Of a stretch of DNA of 32,000 nt, positions 1-8,629 are shown piece by piece. Source of the stretch: Candidatus Nanosynbacter lyticus (GTDB taxonomy: Bacteria > Patescibacteriota > Saccharimonadia > Saccharimonadales > Saccharimonadaceae); assembly GCF_030253515.1 (NCBI RefSeq), contig NZ_CP124549.1, positions 180,001 to 212,000 on the forward strand, written 5' to 3'. The position numbers and the translations under genes are program-made. The notes below the pieces were generated by a model. The model was not told the origin of the DNA and ran no database searches. It saw only the letters and a program-made list of their open reading frames with translations. The stretch's first letter is position 1; every line of letters begins with the position of its first letter.

Positions 1-1802
1 GCCACCTCAAGCACGGTCGTTTTGCCAAAAATATCGAGCAAGCGCCCGACTGGAACCTGAGTCGCGACCGCTTCTGGGCGACGGCTATGCCGGTGTGGAA
101 GGGCGACCGCGGCACGGTGAAGGTGGTTGGCTCGTATGCGGAGCTGAAGGAACTGAGCGGCGTGGAGCTGGATGATTACCACCGCCCGTGGGTAGATGAT
201 ATCACCTTTACGATTAATGGCGAAACGTTCACGCGTATCGACAAGGTGCTGGACTGCTGGTTCGAGAGCGGCAGTATGCCGTTTGCCCAGCTGCATTATC
301 CGTTCGAAAACCAGGCTCAGTTTGAGCAGAATTACCCAGCGGACTTCATCGTTGAGTATATTGGCCAGGTGCGGGCGTGGTTCTATTATGTGCACGTTGT
401 TAACACTGCTCTGGCAGAAATCGGCGCTTTTGGCGAGGCGGGCGAGCAGCACAAAAATGCCTATAGCAACGTCATCACTACTGGCGTGGTGGCGGGCAAT
501 GACGGCCGCAAGATGAGTAAGTCCTTAGGCAACTTTACTGACCCGAACGAGCTGATGGATAAATTCAGTGCTGATAGCTTACGCTTCCTGCTGCTGAGTA
601 GTCCGCTACTGAACGGTGAAGACTTTGCCTTGCACGACAAGGACGTTGGTGACGTGGCGCGTAAGCTCAGTATGATCTGGAATATGTATGATTTCTTTAC
701 GATGTATGCTGAAGTTGATGGTTGGGAATTTGACGGCGAGTTGGTTGATCCGCTGAGCGGTCGAGCGATATTCGGTGACGAAGGCTTTGCCTTTCCGGCA
801 AAGCGAGGCCAAGAGCGCCAGCTGGATCAATTGGCGGCCGAGCGGCCTGAGGCAACGGATATCGCGACCGTAGCTAATGTAGTTACGAATCCGCTCGATA
901 TCTGGATTATTAGCCGTTTGCACGAGCTGGTGGCTGAGGTCGAGAAGCAGGTGGATGCCTATAACATCCCTGATGCGCTGAGTCCGATTCTGCCATTCCT
1001 TGACGATGCATCGAACTGGTATGTGCGCCGCAGTCGCCGCCGCTTCTGGAGATCGTCGAAAGGGGCCGCGGGCGCTGAGGATGATGGTGATAAAAATGAT
1101 GCCTACCGCACGCTGCACTATGTGCTGGTGCGCTTGAGCTACATCTTGGCTCCATTTACGCCGTTTTTGGCTGAGGAGTTGTATCATAATTTGACGGGCG
1201 ACGATGAGTCGATTCATCTGAAGGATTGGCTGCCAGCGGGTGCGGTGAACGAGCAGGTTCTAGCCGACATGTCCCGTACGCGTGAATTGATCAACAATGG
1301 TCTTAGTTTGCGTATGAAACAGGATGAGCACCAAGCATCAATCAAGGTTCGCCAACCGCTGCAATGTGCGGCATATGCAGGCGTGAAACTGACTGGCTAC
1401 TATGAGCAAATCATGGCTGAGGAGCTCAATGTCAAGGAAATTCGCTGGATTGAGAATTTAGACGAGCACTTGGCTGATTATGACGTGACCGAGGGCGTGA
1501 TCAAGCCAGAGAATTGGATCGAAATTAGTAAGCACTTGACGCCCGAACTCAAACGCGAGGGCCTGATGCGTGAGGTCATTCGTCACGTGCAGAGTGCGCG
1601 CAAGAAGGCGGGATTGCAAGTGGACGATCGAATTACGCTGCAGCTGACGACGAATGACGAGCAGCTCCGCCAAGCGATTGATGAGCATGCTGAGGCGATT
1701 GCTACTGAGACGCTGGCGGTGTTTGGCGAGGTACATGACAATCAGTCGACAGTGACGGTTGAAGGGGCTGAGCTCGAGATTGCCCTTGCTGTTGTAAAAT
1801 AG
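1..1802 (+). CDS. ileS: Isoleucyl-tRNA synthetase, C-terminal ~600 aa (5' end lies upstream of the window)
   Basis: The frame is open from nt 3 (HLKHGRFAKNIEQAPDWNLSRDRFWATAMPVW...). It has the class I KMSKS signature GRKMSKSLGN and an HYPFEN...YPADFI block like eukaryote-like/type-2 IleRS. There is no C-terminal Cys cluster. Stop TAG at 1800-1802. Confidence 0.93.
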   Translation, partial: HLKHGRFAKNIEQAPDWNLSRDRFWATAMPVWKGDRGTVKVVGSYAELKELSGVELDDYHRPWVDDITFTINGETFTRIDKVLDCWFESGSMPFAQLHYPFENQAQFEQNYPADFIVEYIGQVRAWFYYVHVVNTALAEIGAFGEAGEQHKNAYSNVITTGVVAGNDGRKMSKSLGNFTDPNELMDKFSADSLRFLLLSSPLLNGEDFALHDKDVGDVARKLSMIWNMYDFFTMYAEVDGWEFDGELVDPLSGRAIFGDEGFAFPAKRGQERQLDQLAAERPEATDIATVANVVTNPLDIWIISRLHELVAEVEKQVDAYNIPDALSPILPFLDDASNWYVRRSRRRFWRSSKGAAGAEDDGDKNDAYRTLHYVLVRLSYILAPFTPFLAEELYHNLTGDDESIHLKDWLPAGAVNEQVLADMSRTRELINNGLSLRMKQDEHQASIKVRQPLQCAAYAGVKLTGYYEQIMAEELNVKEIRWIENLDEHLADYDVTEGVIKPENWIEISKHLTPELKREGLMREVIRHVQSARKKAGLQVDDRITLQLTTNDEQLRQAIDEHAEAIATETLAVFGEVHDNQSTVTVEGAELEIALAVVK

Positions 1803-1906
1803 TCATCACGATAAAGGTTGCGCCTCAAAACTAATGCGTGGCAAGCGTTTGTTCGGCTGCGCGCTGATCGGGCACTCATGACCTTGGCGATCGCCATGCA
1901 ACGCGG

Positions 1907-1912
1907 TACAAT
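1907..1912 (+). promoter_or_regulatory. -10 box TACAAT placed 6 nt upstream of ATG 1919 (candidate leaderless promoter)
   Basis: Sequence reads cgcggTACAATgggtctATG. No Shine-Dalgarno sequence fits between the box and the start. Confidence 0.4.
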
Positions 1913-1918
1913 GGGTCT

Positions 1919-3265
1919 ATGTATGGTTTAGCAGTGCTCAGTCAGTTACTCTTTTTCGCGCGAGCCGGTGGCGGCGGGTCAAGTTCTGGCGGCGGTGGTG
2001 GTGGCGTTGCCCTTTTCGGGATACCGATGGTAGTTGCGATTTCGGTAAGTGGTTTTGTGAAAAAAACCACTCAGTCAAAGATGGCCGCCATAGCGGTCGG
2101 GTTTTTGGCCGGCCTACTCGCCAGCTTGTTCTACCTACTCGGCGGTGTTGTTATTTTTATCCTGGTGGCCATCTCGGCATTGGTCGGTGCGATTATCGGG
2201 GCATTTACAGACAAGATCAGCCGTTTTCGCAAAGGCAGCGAGGCTGCAAAACAGGCCGTTCAGCAAGCAGCTACCCAGGACAGCGCCTGGAATGAGCAGG
2301 GTATTGTCAATTACGCAACGACGGTGTTTAATCGGTTTCAGTATGATTGGGAGCGGATGGATTTGCCATCAATTCAGCAATACGTCACGCCGAATTATGC
2401 GCGGCACATCGGACTAATGTTGTACGCTTTACAACAGATGGGGCGAGTCAATCGCATGAAGAATGTGGCGGTCAGTGAAGCGATTATCACACGGGCGTAT
2501 GACGATGTGAATGATCAGAATGACCGAGTAAGTGTGAGTTTTGTTGCCTCGGCAAATGATGAGCTGATTGACGTGGCGAGTGATGCGGTGCTACATCGTG
2601 ATACGGGCGAGTTTGGTGAGCAGTGGAACTTTGTGCGCTCGGGTAATGGCTGGTTACTGGATAGTATTGATCAGGAAACGGAAGATCCCGCCCAGCTTGT
2701 TGCCTCTATGCAGCAGTTTGCAGCGCAATACGACATGTACTTCAGTCCGGATTGGGGGCGGTTACTGCTGCCGACCCGCGGTGAATTATTCAAGGGCGGC
2801 TTTAAGGGGACCGACATCAATAACCATATCATTGGATTCTGGACGAGCAATCTATTGGTGCAGCTATACACCTATGTGGCTGACGCTTCAAATACCGATT
2901 CGGCGGCTACGTACATTATCGGGCAGGTTAATTTACCAAAGTCGTATGGTGGGATTTTAGTGGAGCGTCGGGATTCGCGCTTCCTGAAGCGGTTCAGGGC
3001 GCCGTCGGGTTATAAAAAGGTAGAACTGGAGTGGGGTGATTTTAACAAGCGCTACCAGGTCTACGCCACTGATGAAAATCAGGTGACGAGCTTTGAGCTG
3101 CTCAACCCAAGCTTCATGGCCTGGTTGTATGATCAAGACATTAAGGTTAATATTGAGGTGGTAGATAATATTGTTTATCTCTATGCCAAAATTTCTGCGG
3201 GCGAGATGCGCTACGGGGAGATGATGGATATTTTGCAGAAATCACATAAAGAACTCAAGATGTAA
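1919..3265 (+). CDS. Membrane protein with a Gly/Ser-rich N-terminus, TM helices, a Tim44-like domain and a C-terminal DUF3137-like region
   Basis: 448-aa ORF. N-terminus ARAGGGGSSSGGGGGG is followed by hydrophobic helices. The segment FNRFQYDWERMDL...YVTPNY...EQWNFVRSGNGWLLDSIDQ resembles the bacterial Tim44-like domain. The segment FNKRYQVYATDENQVTSFELLNPSFMAWLYD resembles DUF3137. Family names are assigned from memory. Confidence 0.6.
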   Translation: MYGLAVLSQLLFFARAGGGGSSSGGGGGGVALFGIPMVVAISVSGFVKKTTQSKMAAIAVGFLAGLLASLFYLLGGVVIFILVAISALVGAIIGAFTDKISRFRKGSEAAKQAVQQAATQDSAWNEQGIVNYATTVFNRFQYDWERMDLPSIQQYVTPNYARHIGLMLYALQQMGRVNRMKNVAVSEAIITRAYDDVNDQNDRVSVSFVASANDELIDVASDAVLHRDTGEFGEQWNFVRSGNGWLLDSIDQETEDPAQLVASMQQFAAQYDMYFSPDWGRLLLPTRGELFKGGFKGTDINNHIIGFWTSNLLVQLYTYVADASNTDSAATYIIGQVNLPKSYGGILVERRDSRFLKRFRAPSGYKKVELEWGDFNKRYQVYATDENQVTSFELLNPSFMAWLYDQDIKVNIEVVDNIVYLYAKISAGEMRYGEMMDILQKSHKELKM

Positions 3266-3274
3266 GGAGGAGAT

Positions 3275-4099
3275 ATGATTACCAAAGCTATTATTCCGGT
3301 CGCTGGTTGGGGTACACGGATGCTACCAATTACTAAATCAATTGAAAAATGTATGCTGCCGATTGGCAATCGACCGCTGATTGATTATGTGGTGCAGGAC
3401 TGCTTGGCGGCCGGCGTGCGTGAGCTGATTTTTGTGGTTGGCGAACAGAGTTCACAACTAGAGAGCTATTATCGGAGCAACATCTTGCTCAACGATTATT
3501 TGCGGAGCAAGGGTAAGGACGACAAGTTGGCTCTGGTGGCGCCGATCGATGCAAAGCTTCACTTTGTGACGCAACCGAGCTACGGCAAGTATGGATCAGC
3601 GGTGCCGGTGGCTTTGGCGGCTGATTATCTCGAGGATGGTGAGTCGGCAGTGGTGCTGATGGGTGATGACTTTATGTATAATGCTGATGGCTCAAGCGAA
3701 GTGGCGCGGCTGTTGGCGGCGACGCCAGACGGTCAATGTAGCCTGCTGGCTCAGGAAGTGCCGGGCGATGACATTAGTCGGTACGGGGCGATTGTGATGG
3801 ATGAAGACGGCAATTTTGTAGAGATCGTTGAAAAGCCAAAGCCAGAAGAGGCGCCGAGCCACTTTGCCAACATCGGTAAATACGTCCTCACCAAGAAAGT
3901 TATCCAGTCCTGTGCTGATGTTGCAATATCGCCGCGCGGCGAGTATGAGTTGACCGATGCGATCAGTAATTATGCTCGAGCTGGTGGTGTCGTCAAGGTT
4001 GTGCCAGCGGTAGGTATGCATTTGGACGGCGGTAATGTCGATGGTTGGCTGCACGCAAACAATGTGGTGTGCGGTCGGTCGGGGTCGTGTTCGAGTTGA
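3275..4099 (+). CDS. galU: UTP--glucose-1-phosphate uridylyltransferase
   Basis: N-terminal KAIIPVAGWGTRMLPITK (GxGTRxLP) and VEKPKPEEAPSHFANIGKYVL (VEKP...AP motif). SD aggagg lies at 3265-3270. Confidence 0.85.
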   Translation: MITKAIIPVAGWGTRMLPITKSIEKCMLPIGNRPLIDYVVQDCLAAGVRELIFVVGEQSSQLESYYRSNILLNDYLRSKGKDDKLALVAPIDAKLHFVTQPSYGKYGSAVPVALAADYLEDGESAVVLMGDDFMYNADGSSEVARLLAATPDGQCSLLAQEVPGDDISRYGAIVMDEDGNFVEIVEKPKPEEAPSHFANIGKYVLTKKVIQSCADVAISPRGEYELTDAISNYARAGGVVKVVPAVGMHLDGGNVDGWLHANNVVCGRSGSCSS

Positions 4100-4155
4100 C
4101 ATTGATACTCCGGACGGTGTAGCTGTCGGTGGGATAATTGAAGCTGGCAGTAGCC

Positions 4156-4184
4156 TTGATTTACCACTGTGTCTCTGGTACAAT
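4156..4184 (+). promoter_or_regulatory. rplU promoter: TTGATT-17 nt-TACAAT with extended -10 (TGgTACAAT)
   Basis: TTGATT at 4156-4161 and TGgTACAAT at 4176-4184, followed by a ~28-nt leader with SD aagga at 4209-4213. Confidence 0.6.
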
Positions 4185-4218
4185 AGAACGGATTGAAAAC
4201 TAATTTTTAAGGAACGAA

Positions 4219-4524
4219 ATGAAAGCAGTCGTAAAAATCTCTGGCAAGCAATACATTGTCAGCGAAAAAGAGTCCCTCTTGGTGGATCTCCTCCCTGAAG
4301 GCACAAAAGAACTCACTCTCGACGCACTTTTAGTGATTGATGGTGATAAAACAAAAGTTGGCACGCCAACCGTCAAAGGTGTGGTAGTGAAGGCAAAGGT
4401 CGCTGAAGCAGAAGTCAAGGGCGACAAGATCCGCGTTATCCGCTACAAGAGCAAGAAACGTGTCCACAAAGAAACTGGTCATCGCCAGAAGTACACCAAG
4501 ATTGAGATTACCTCGATCAAATAA
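4219..4524 (+). CDS. rplU: 50S ribosomal protein L21
   Basis: MKAVVKISGKQYIVSEKE... is a typical L21 N-terminus. Length is 101 aa with a basic C-terminus. Confidence 0.93.
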   Translation: MKAVVKISGKQYIVSEKESLLVDLLPEGTKELTLDALLVIDGDKTKVGTPTVKGVVVKAKVAEAEVKGDKIRVIRYKSKKRVHKETGHRQKYTKIEITSIK

Positions 4525-4537
4525 CCGATGAATTAGC

Positions 4538-4567
4538 ATACCGCCCCGTGATAAGGGCGGTATTTTT
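4538..4567 (+). terminator. Rho-independent terminator after rplU
   Basis: Perfect 9-bp stem ATACCGCCC (4538-4546) / GGGCGGTAT (4555-4563) with an 8-nt loop, followed by TTTTT. Confidence 0.8.
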
Positions 4568-4580
4568 ATGGCCGAAACTA

Positions 4581-4589
4581 TGGTACAAT
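4581..4589 (+). promoter_or_regulatory. Extended -10 promoter TGgTACAAT for parAB
   Basis: Sequence reads ctaTGGTACAATgagg. SD aagggg lies at 4601-4606, 5 nt before ATG 4612. Confidence 0.5.
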
Positions 4590-4611
4590 GAGGTAAGCAG
4601 AAGGGGTATCG

Positions 4612-5376
4612 ATGACGAAGATTATTGCGGTGACAAATCAAAAGGGCGGCGTCGGCAAGACGACGACTTCAATCAATGTGGCATATTTTTTGGCAAAAGC
4701 CGGTAAGCGGACGCTGATCGTTGACTTTGATCCGCAGGGTAATGCCACCAGCGGCCTTGGCATTGATAAGCAAGAGTTGGGCATAACGATGACTGAGGTG
4801 GTGACTGGTCAGGCAGCCTTGAATAATATAATTATTCAAACTGACATCAAGAATCTATCGATCGCACCGGCCACGTCGCACCTAGCAAATACCGAGGTTG
4901 AGTTGGCCCAAGCCGAGGGGCGGTTCGTGCGGCTGCGCCAGGCGCTGGCGAGCCTCGCTGGGTATGATTATGTGATCATTGATAGTCCGCCGAGTCTGAG
5001 TCTGCTGACCGTGAATGGGCTGATCGCAGCGCAGTACGTCCTATTGCCGGTGCAGGCAGAGTTTTATGCACTCGAGGGGCTGGGGCAACTGATGGAGACG
5101 ATGAAGTTGGTTCGCAAGGGGCTCAATCCGCATCTGCGCTTGCTCGGCGTGGTGACCACCATGGTTGATTCGCGAACGACTCTATCAAGCCAGGTGTACG
5201 ATGAAATTAAAAAGCATTTTGCCGATACGATTTTCAAGACGACGATTCCGCGCAATATTCGCCTCGCTGAGGCGCCAAGCCACGGCGTGCCGGTTGGTGT
5301 GTACGATCGTTTCTCAAAGGGCTCGCGGGCTTACCATGCGCTGACCAAAGAAATTATCGAGAGGATTGAAGGATGA
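4612..5376 (+). CDS. parA: Chromosome partitioning ATPase ParA/Soj
   Basis: Deviant Walker A KGGVGKTTT. Length 254 aa. Its stop overlaps the parB start (ATGA). Confidence 0.92.
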   Translation: MTKIIAVTNQKGGVGKTTTSINVAYFLAKAGKRTLIVDFDPQGNATSGLGIDKQELGITMTEVVTGQAALNNIIIQTDIKNLSIAPATSHLANTEVELAQAEGRFVRLRQALASLAGYDYVIIDSPPSLSLLTVNGLIAAQYVLLPVQAEFYALEGLGQLMETMKLVRKGLNPHLRLLGVVTTMVDSRTTLSSQVYDEIKKHFADTIFKTTIPRNIRLAEAPSHGVPVGVYDRFSKGSRAYHALTKEIIERIEG

Positions 5377-6251
5377 AAAAGGGACTTGGGCGGGGGTTTG
5401 ATTCGCTGATACCGACAAATTTGTTTGACGAGGCTTTTGACCCGACGGCTGGTCAAGATGCGACAATGTCGCAATTACGCCAGATACCGATTACCGATAT
5501 TACTCCAGATCCAGATCAGCCGCGGCGGTTCTTTGATGAGGAGGCACTGCGTGAACTGGCCGATTCGATTCGTCGGCATGGCGTGGTGCAGCCGATCGTC
5601 GTGACGCCACATGGGGCACAATTCATGATCGTGGCTGGCGAGCGGCGCTGGCGAGCGGCGCAGCTGGCTGGATTAGTAGAAATGCCGAGCATTATTCGTA
5701 GCCTGAGCGATCAGCATCGATTGGAGGTGTCACTGATTGAGAACTTGCAGCGACGCGACCTCAATCCGCTGGAAACGGCGACGGCCTACATGAAGCTACG
5801 CGACCAGTTCAATATGACGCTGGAACAAATCGGCCAGCACGTCGGCGGTAAATCGGTCAGCGCCATTAGCAATACGCTGCGCCTCTTGAAATTACCGAGC
5901 GTGGTGCGGACGGCGCTGTTTGAAAATAAGATTTCTGAAGGGCAAGCGCGAACATTGGTGGGGCTGCCAGATGACGTGGCGGAGGATTTGCTGCGGCAGA
6001 CGATTCATCAGGGCTGGAGTGTGCGCAAGCTCGAGCAGATGATCGCCGCCTGGAAGCGGTCGCAGCAGTCGTCGGGCCTCGCGTCAACTTCAAAGCCAGC
6101 CCGCTCGCCGCACGCCTCGTCGGTAGCGCGCCTGTCGAAAAAACTTCGTGCTGACATCACGGTTCGCACCAGTAAGCGCGGTGCTGGTCAGATTATTATT
6201 CCGTTCAAAGACCAAGCAGATTTTGAGCGGATCCGCGACTTGATTGGCTGA
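5373..6251 (+). CDS. parB: Chromosome partitioning protein ParB/Spo0J
   Basis: ParB-box motif VAGERRWRAA, IENLQRRDLNPLE, and an HTH region LEQIGQHVGGKSVSAISNTLRLLKL. Confidence 0.92.
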   Translation: MKKGLGRGFDSLIPTNLFDEAFDPTAGQDATMSQLRQIPITDITPDPDQPRRFFDEEALRELADSIRRHGVVQPIVVTPHGAQFMIVAGERRWRAAQLAGLVEMPSIIRSLSDQHRLEVSLIENLQRRDLNPLETATAYMKLRDQFNMTLEQIGQHVGGKSVSAISNTLRLLKLPSVVRTALFENKISEGQARTLVGLPDDVAEDLLRQTIHQGWSVRKLEQMIAAWKRSQQSSGLASTSKPARSPHASSVARLSKKLRADITVRTSKRGAGQIIIPFKDQADFERIRDLIG

Positions 6252-6254
6252 CTA

Positions 6255-6860
6255 TTAAAACCCTCTGATCTGTGTGAAGGGGAAAATGCGGGCGATGACT
6301 GGCCCAACAATGTCGTATAGCGGAATGTTGCCCATGCAGTTACGCGAGTCACACGAAAAATTACCCTCACGATTATCACCCATCACGAAAACCGTCCCCT
6401 CAGATACTTTGGTATCGACATCGCCGGAGGTGGGTGACTTTGGTTCGTTTTTGTTGACGGTTGTATCGGGGTTAAAGCCGTTTGGATGCTCGGTGTTATA
6501 AACGGTGACGACGCCATCCTTGACGGTGACGCGCTCACCTGCGAAAGCGATGACCCGTTTAACGATATATTCATCGTGACCCAAGGTCGGATTGTAATTA
6601 GGATTTTTAAAGACGATGATCTGGCCGCGCTTGGGGATATACTGCTGATTTTGAAGCTGTTTAATCGTGACCGACAGTCGGTCAACGATCAAGCGGTCAT
6701 TGGTGTGCATGGTGTTTTCCATACTTGGTCCCTGCACGCCAAAGCTACGAAAAACAAAGGTATTGATCAAAATTGTTCCGATGATTACCCCGATTACAAA
6801 AATAATCAGTCCCAGACTGTCCCTCAGGCGCGGGTGTCGATCGAGAAAGTGAGCATCCAT
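6255..6860 (-). CDS. lepB: Signal peptidase I
   Basis: Catalytic Ser box GPSMENTM, Lys box VKRVIAFAGE, and GDNREGNFSCDSR. I prefer ATG at c6860 (MDAHF...) over the TTG at c6908 listed in the ORF track, because a TATAAT lies 7 nt upstream of it. Confidence 0.85.
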   Translation of the reverse strand: MDAHFLDRHPRLRDSLGLIIFVIGVIIGTILINTFVFRSFGVQGPSMENTMHTNDRLIVDRLSVTIKQLQNQQYIPKRGQIIVFKNPNYNPTLGHDEYIVKRVIAFAGERVTVKDGVVTVYNTEHPNGFNPDTTVNKNEPKSPTSGDVDTKVSEGTVFVMGDNREGNFSCDSRNCMGNIPLYDIVGPVIARIFPFTQIRGF

Positions 6861-6867
6861 CCGCCTT

Positions 6868-6873
6868 ATTATA
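6868..6873 (-). promoter_or_regulatory. -10 box TATAAT 7 nt upstream of the lepB ATG (candidate leaderless promoter)
   Basis: The minus strand reads catgTATAATaaggcggATG. Confidence 0.4.
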
Positions 6874-6918
6874 CATGGTTTGGCGGCGAAAACCAAAAGC
6901 TTGATCAATAGAGAAGTG

Positions 6919-6927
6919 TGCTATAAT
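6919..6927 (+). promoter_or_regulatory. Extended -10 TGcTATAAT 8 nt upstream of GTG 6936
   Basis: Sequence reads gtgTGcTATAATaaggagcaGTG. The aaggag is only 2 nt from the start, too close to act as a normal SD. Confidence 0.4.
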
Positions 6928-6935
6928 AAGGAGCA

Positions 6936-8609
6936 GTGAAAATTTCAAATAGGAATTCGGTCGATGGATTTGTACCGCGGAGGGCTCAGCGGTCTCGTTT
7001 GGGTGGTGTATCGCCAGAGCGAGCGGCTACGCAACCTCGTCCGGCGGTACATTCTGTTCCAGTGCAGCCACTTGGGAGGCCGATCTCAGTACCACGCCAG
7101 TCACTATCGCAGGCTGAGCGGATTCGCCTCGCGACTTCATCGACTGCCGATATTGATGAGGACATTAGCAACTCGCTCAAAGATCTCGAGCTTCAAAAGC
7201 CCGAAACGCCCCGTGAAAAGCGCAAGAAACCGCATAAGAAACGTCGTAAGCTGAAGATTATTATCCTGGTGATCGTGGCGCTGATAATTCTGGTGGGTGG
7301 ATTTTTGCTGTACAAGGCGTGGGTCAATGCGGGGCGAGTGTTTGGTAGCGGTAATCTGATTGACTTGTTTCAGAATCAACCGCTGAAAATGGATGCACAC
7401 GGGCGGAGCAATATGCTGATCCTCGGTACGACGGATGATGATCCAGACCATCCGGGCGCAACGTTGACCGACTCAATGATGGTGCTGAGTGTTGATCAAA
7501 AGAAGCACGATGCCTATATGTTTAGTATTCCGCGCGACTTATACGTGCAGTTTGGGCGAGTTTGTAATTCTGGTCGTGCTGGCAAGATTAACGAATATTT
7601 TGACTGTGTTGCCAAGGGTAATGATGAACAGGCTGAAAAGAAGCGGATAGATGCCAGCCGCGAGTTTGTTGGCAAGATTTTTGATATGGATATACAGTAC
7701 GTAGCACACGTTAATGCTCAGGTAATCAAGGACGCGGTTAATGCGGTTGGTGGTGTGACGGTGAATGTTCAGAGCGACGATCCACGAGGTGTGTTTGACC
7801 CGAGCGTCGACTGGATGTGTCGGGAGAAGGGACTGTCAGCGGAGCAGCGGAAACGGCGCTGTCCGACGGGGCATTACATTCATTTCAAGAATGGGCCAAA
7901 TGAGATGGACGGTGACAAGGCGCTGTATTTCTCGCGAGCGCGTGGAGCGCTGGGCGGTTCGTATGGGCTGGACAAGTCGAACTTTGACCGCGAGAAAAAC
8001 CAACAGTTGGTGCTGATGGCGCTCAAGAACAAGGCAGCCTCGACAGGCACGCTGACTGATCTTGGCAAGGTGACGGCGCTGATGGACGCCATGGGCAAGA
8101 ATCTGCGCACTAACGTTGATGCCAAGGAAGTCCGTACGGTGATGGATGTTGCTTCCAAGATCAAGGATACGGACATTCACCGCCTCAGCTTTATTGAAAA
8201 AGATAATGTCCTGCTTGGCACGAGTAGTGTTGGTGGCGCCAGTGTGGTCGTGCCAACGGCTAGCCAGTTTGATTATTCGCAAATTCGATCGTTTATCAAG
8301 GTGGAAATATACGGTGATACACTCGCTAAGGAAAAGGCACGCGTCCTGGTGCTCAATGGCAGTGGCGTGGTCGGAGCCGCCAAATCCGAAGCTGATCGCC
8401 TAAAGGCGGCATCGCTCAACGTGGTGAGCGTTGGCAATTCACCACAGAAAATTACCGAAAAGTACAGGGTTTATCAGCTGGAGTCGGGCAAGTCCAAGCA
8501 GGCTTCTGCCAACAAGATCAAAGAACTGTATGGAGTAACCTTGACCGAGGGTAAACCAGCATTTAACCTGCCAGCTGAGGCTGACTTCGTAGTGATAATC
8601 GGGCCGTAA
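6936..8609 (+). CDS. LytR-CpsA-Psr (LCP) family cell-envelope phosphotransferase with a C-terminal LytR_C-like domain
   Basis: A Pro/Arg/Lys-rich N-terminal tail and a single TM (IIILVIVALIILVGGFLL). LCP motifs MLILGTTDDD...TLTDSMMVLSVD and FSIPRDLYV. C-terminal RVLVLNGSGVVGAAKSEADRL. GTG start. Confidence 0.85.
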   Translation: MKISNRNSVDGFVPRRAQRSRLGGVSPERAATQPRPAVHSVPVQPLGRPISVPRQSLSQAERIRLATSSTADIDEDISNSLKDLELQKPETPREKRKKPHKKRRKLKIIILVIVALIILVGGFLLYKAWVNAGRVFGSGNLIDLFQNQPLKMDAHGRSNMLILGTTDDDPDHPGATLTDSMMVLSVDQKKHDAYMFSIPRDLYVQFGRVCNSGRAGKINEYFDCVAKGNDEQAEKKRIDASREFVGKIFDMDIQYVAHVNAQVIKDAVNAVGGVTVNVQSDDPRGVFDPSVDWMCREKGLSAEQRKRRCPTGHYIHFKNGPNEMDGDKALYFSRARGALGGSYGLDKSNFDREKNQQLVLMALKNKAASTGTLTDLGKVTALMDAMGKNLRTNVDAKEVRTVMDVASKIKDTDIHRLSFIEKDNVLLGTSSVGGASVVVPTASQFDYSQIRSFIKVEIYGDTLAKEKARVLVLNGSGVVGAAKSEADRLKAASLNVVSVGNSPQKITEKYRVYQLESGKSKQASANKIKELYGVTLTEGKPAFNLPAEADFVVIIGP

Positions 8610-8611
8610 TT

Positions 8612-8620
8612 TGGTATAAT
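8612..8620 (+). promoter_or_regulatory. Extended -10 TGgTATAAT 9 nt upstream of ATG 8630
   Basis: Sequence reads ttTGgTATAATagggtggcaATG. Confidence 0.45.
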
Positions 8621-8629
8621 AGGGTGGCA

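Noticed and set aside
606-1217. Long antisense ORFs opposite strongly supported genes (606-1217, 12429-13221, 15990-16460, 28167-28664, 29818-30357, 31158-31660).
   Set aside because: Each lies entirely inside a gene whose opposite-strand translation has clear family motifs (IleRS, RF1, S2/EF-Ts, DUF2207, ABC permease and ATPase). Their products are low-complexity and Arg/Ser/Ala-rich, which is typical of shadow ORFs.
4219-4524. rplU stands alone with its own promoter and terminator, instead of sitting in the usual rplU-rpmA operon.
   Set aside because: The observation is real, but it is only a gene-order difference. rpmA is probably elsewhere, and nothing in the sequence points to a new function.
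4612-6251. I looked for a parS site (TGTTNCACGTGNAACA-like) in and around parAB and across the window.
   Set aside because: None was found by eye. The nearest CACGTG-containing sequences (about 1586, 17885 and 18686) lack the symmetric GTTTCAC/GTGAAAC arms. A visual scan is not exhaustive, so this is not strong evidence of absence.
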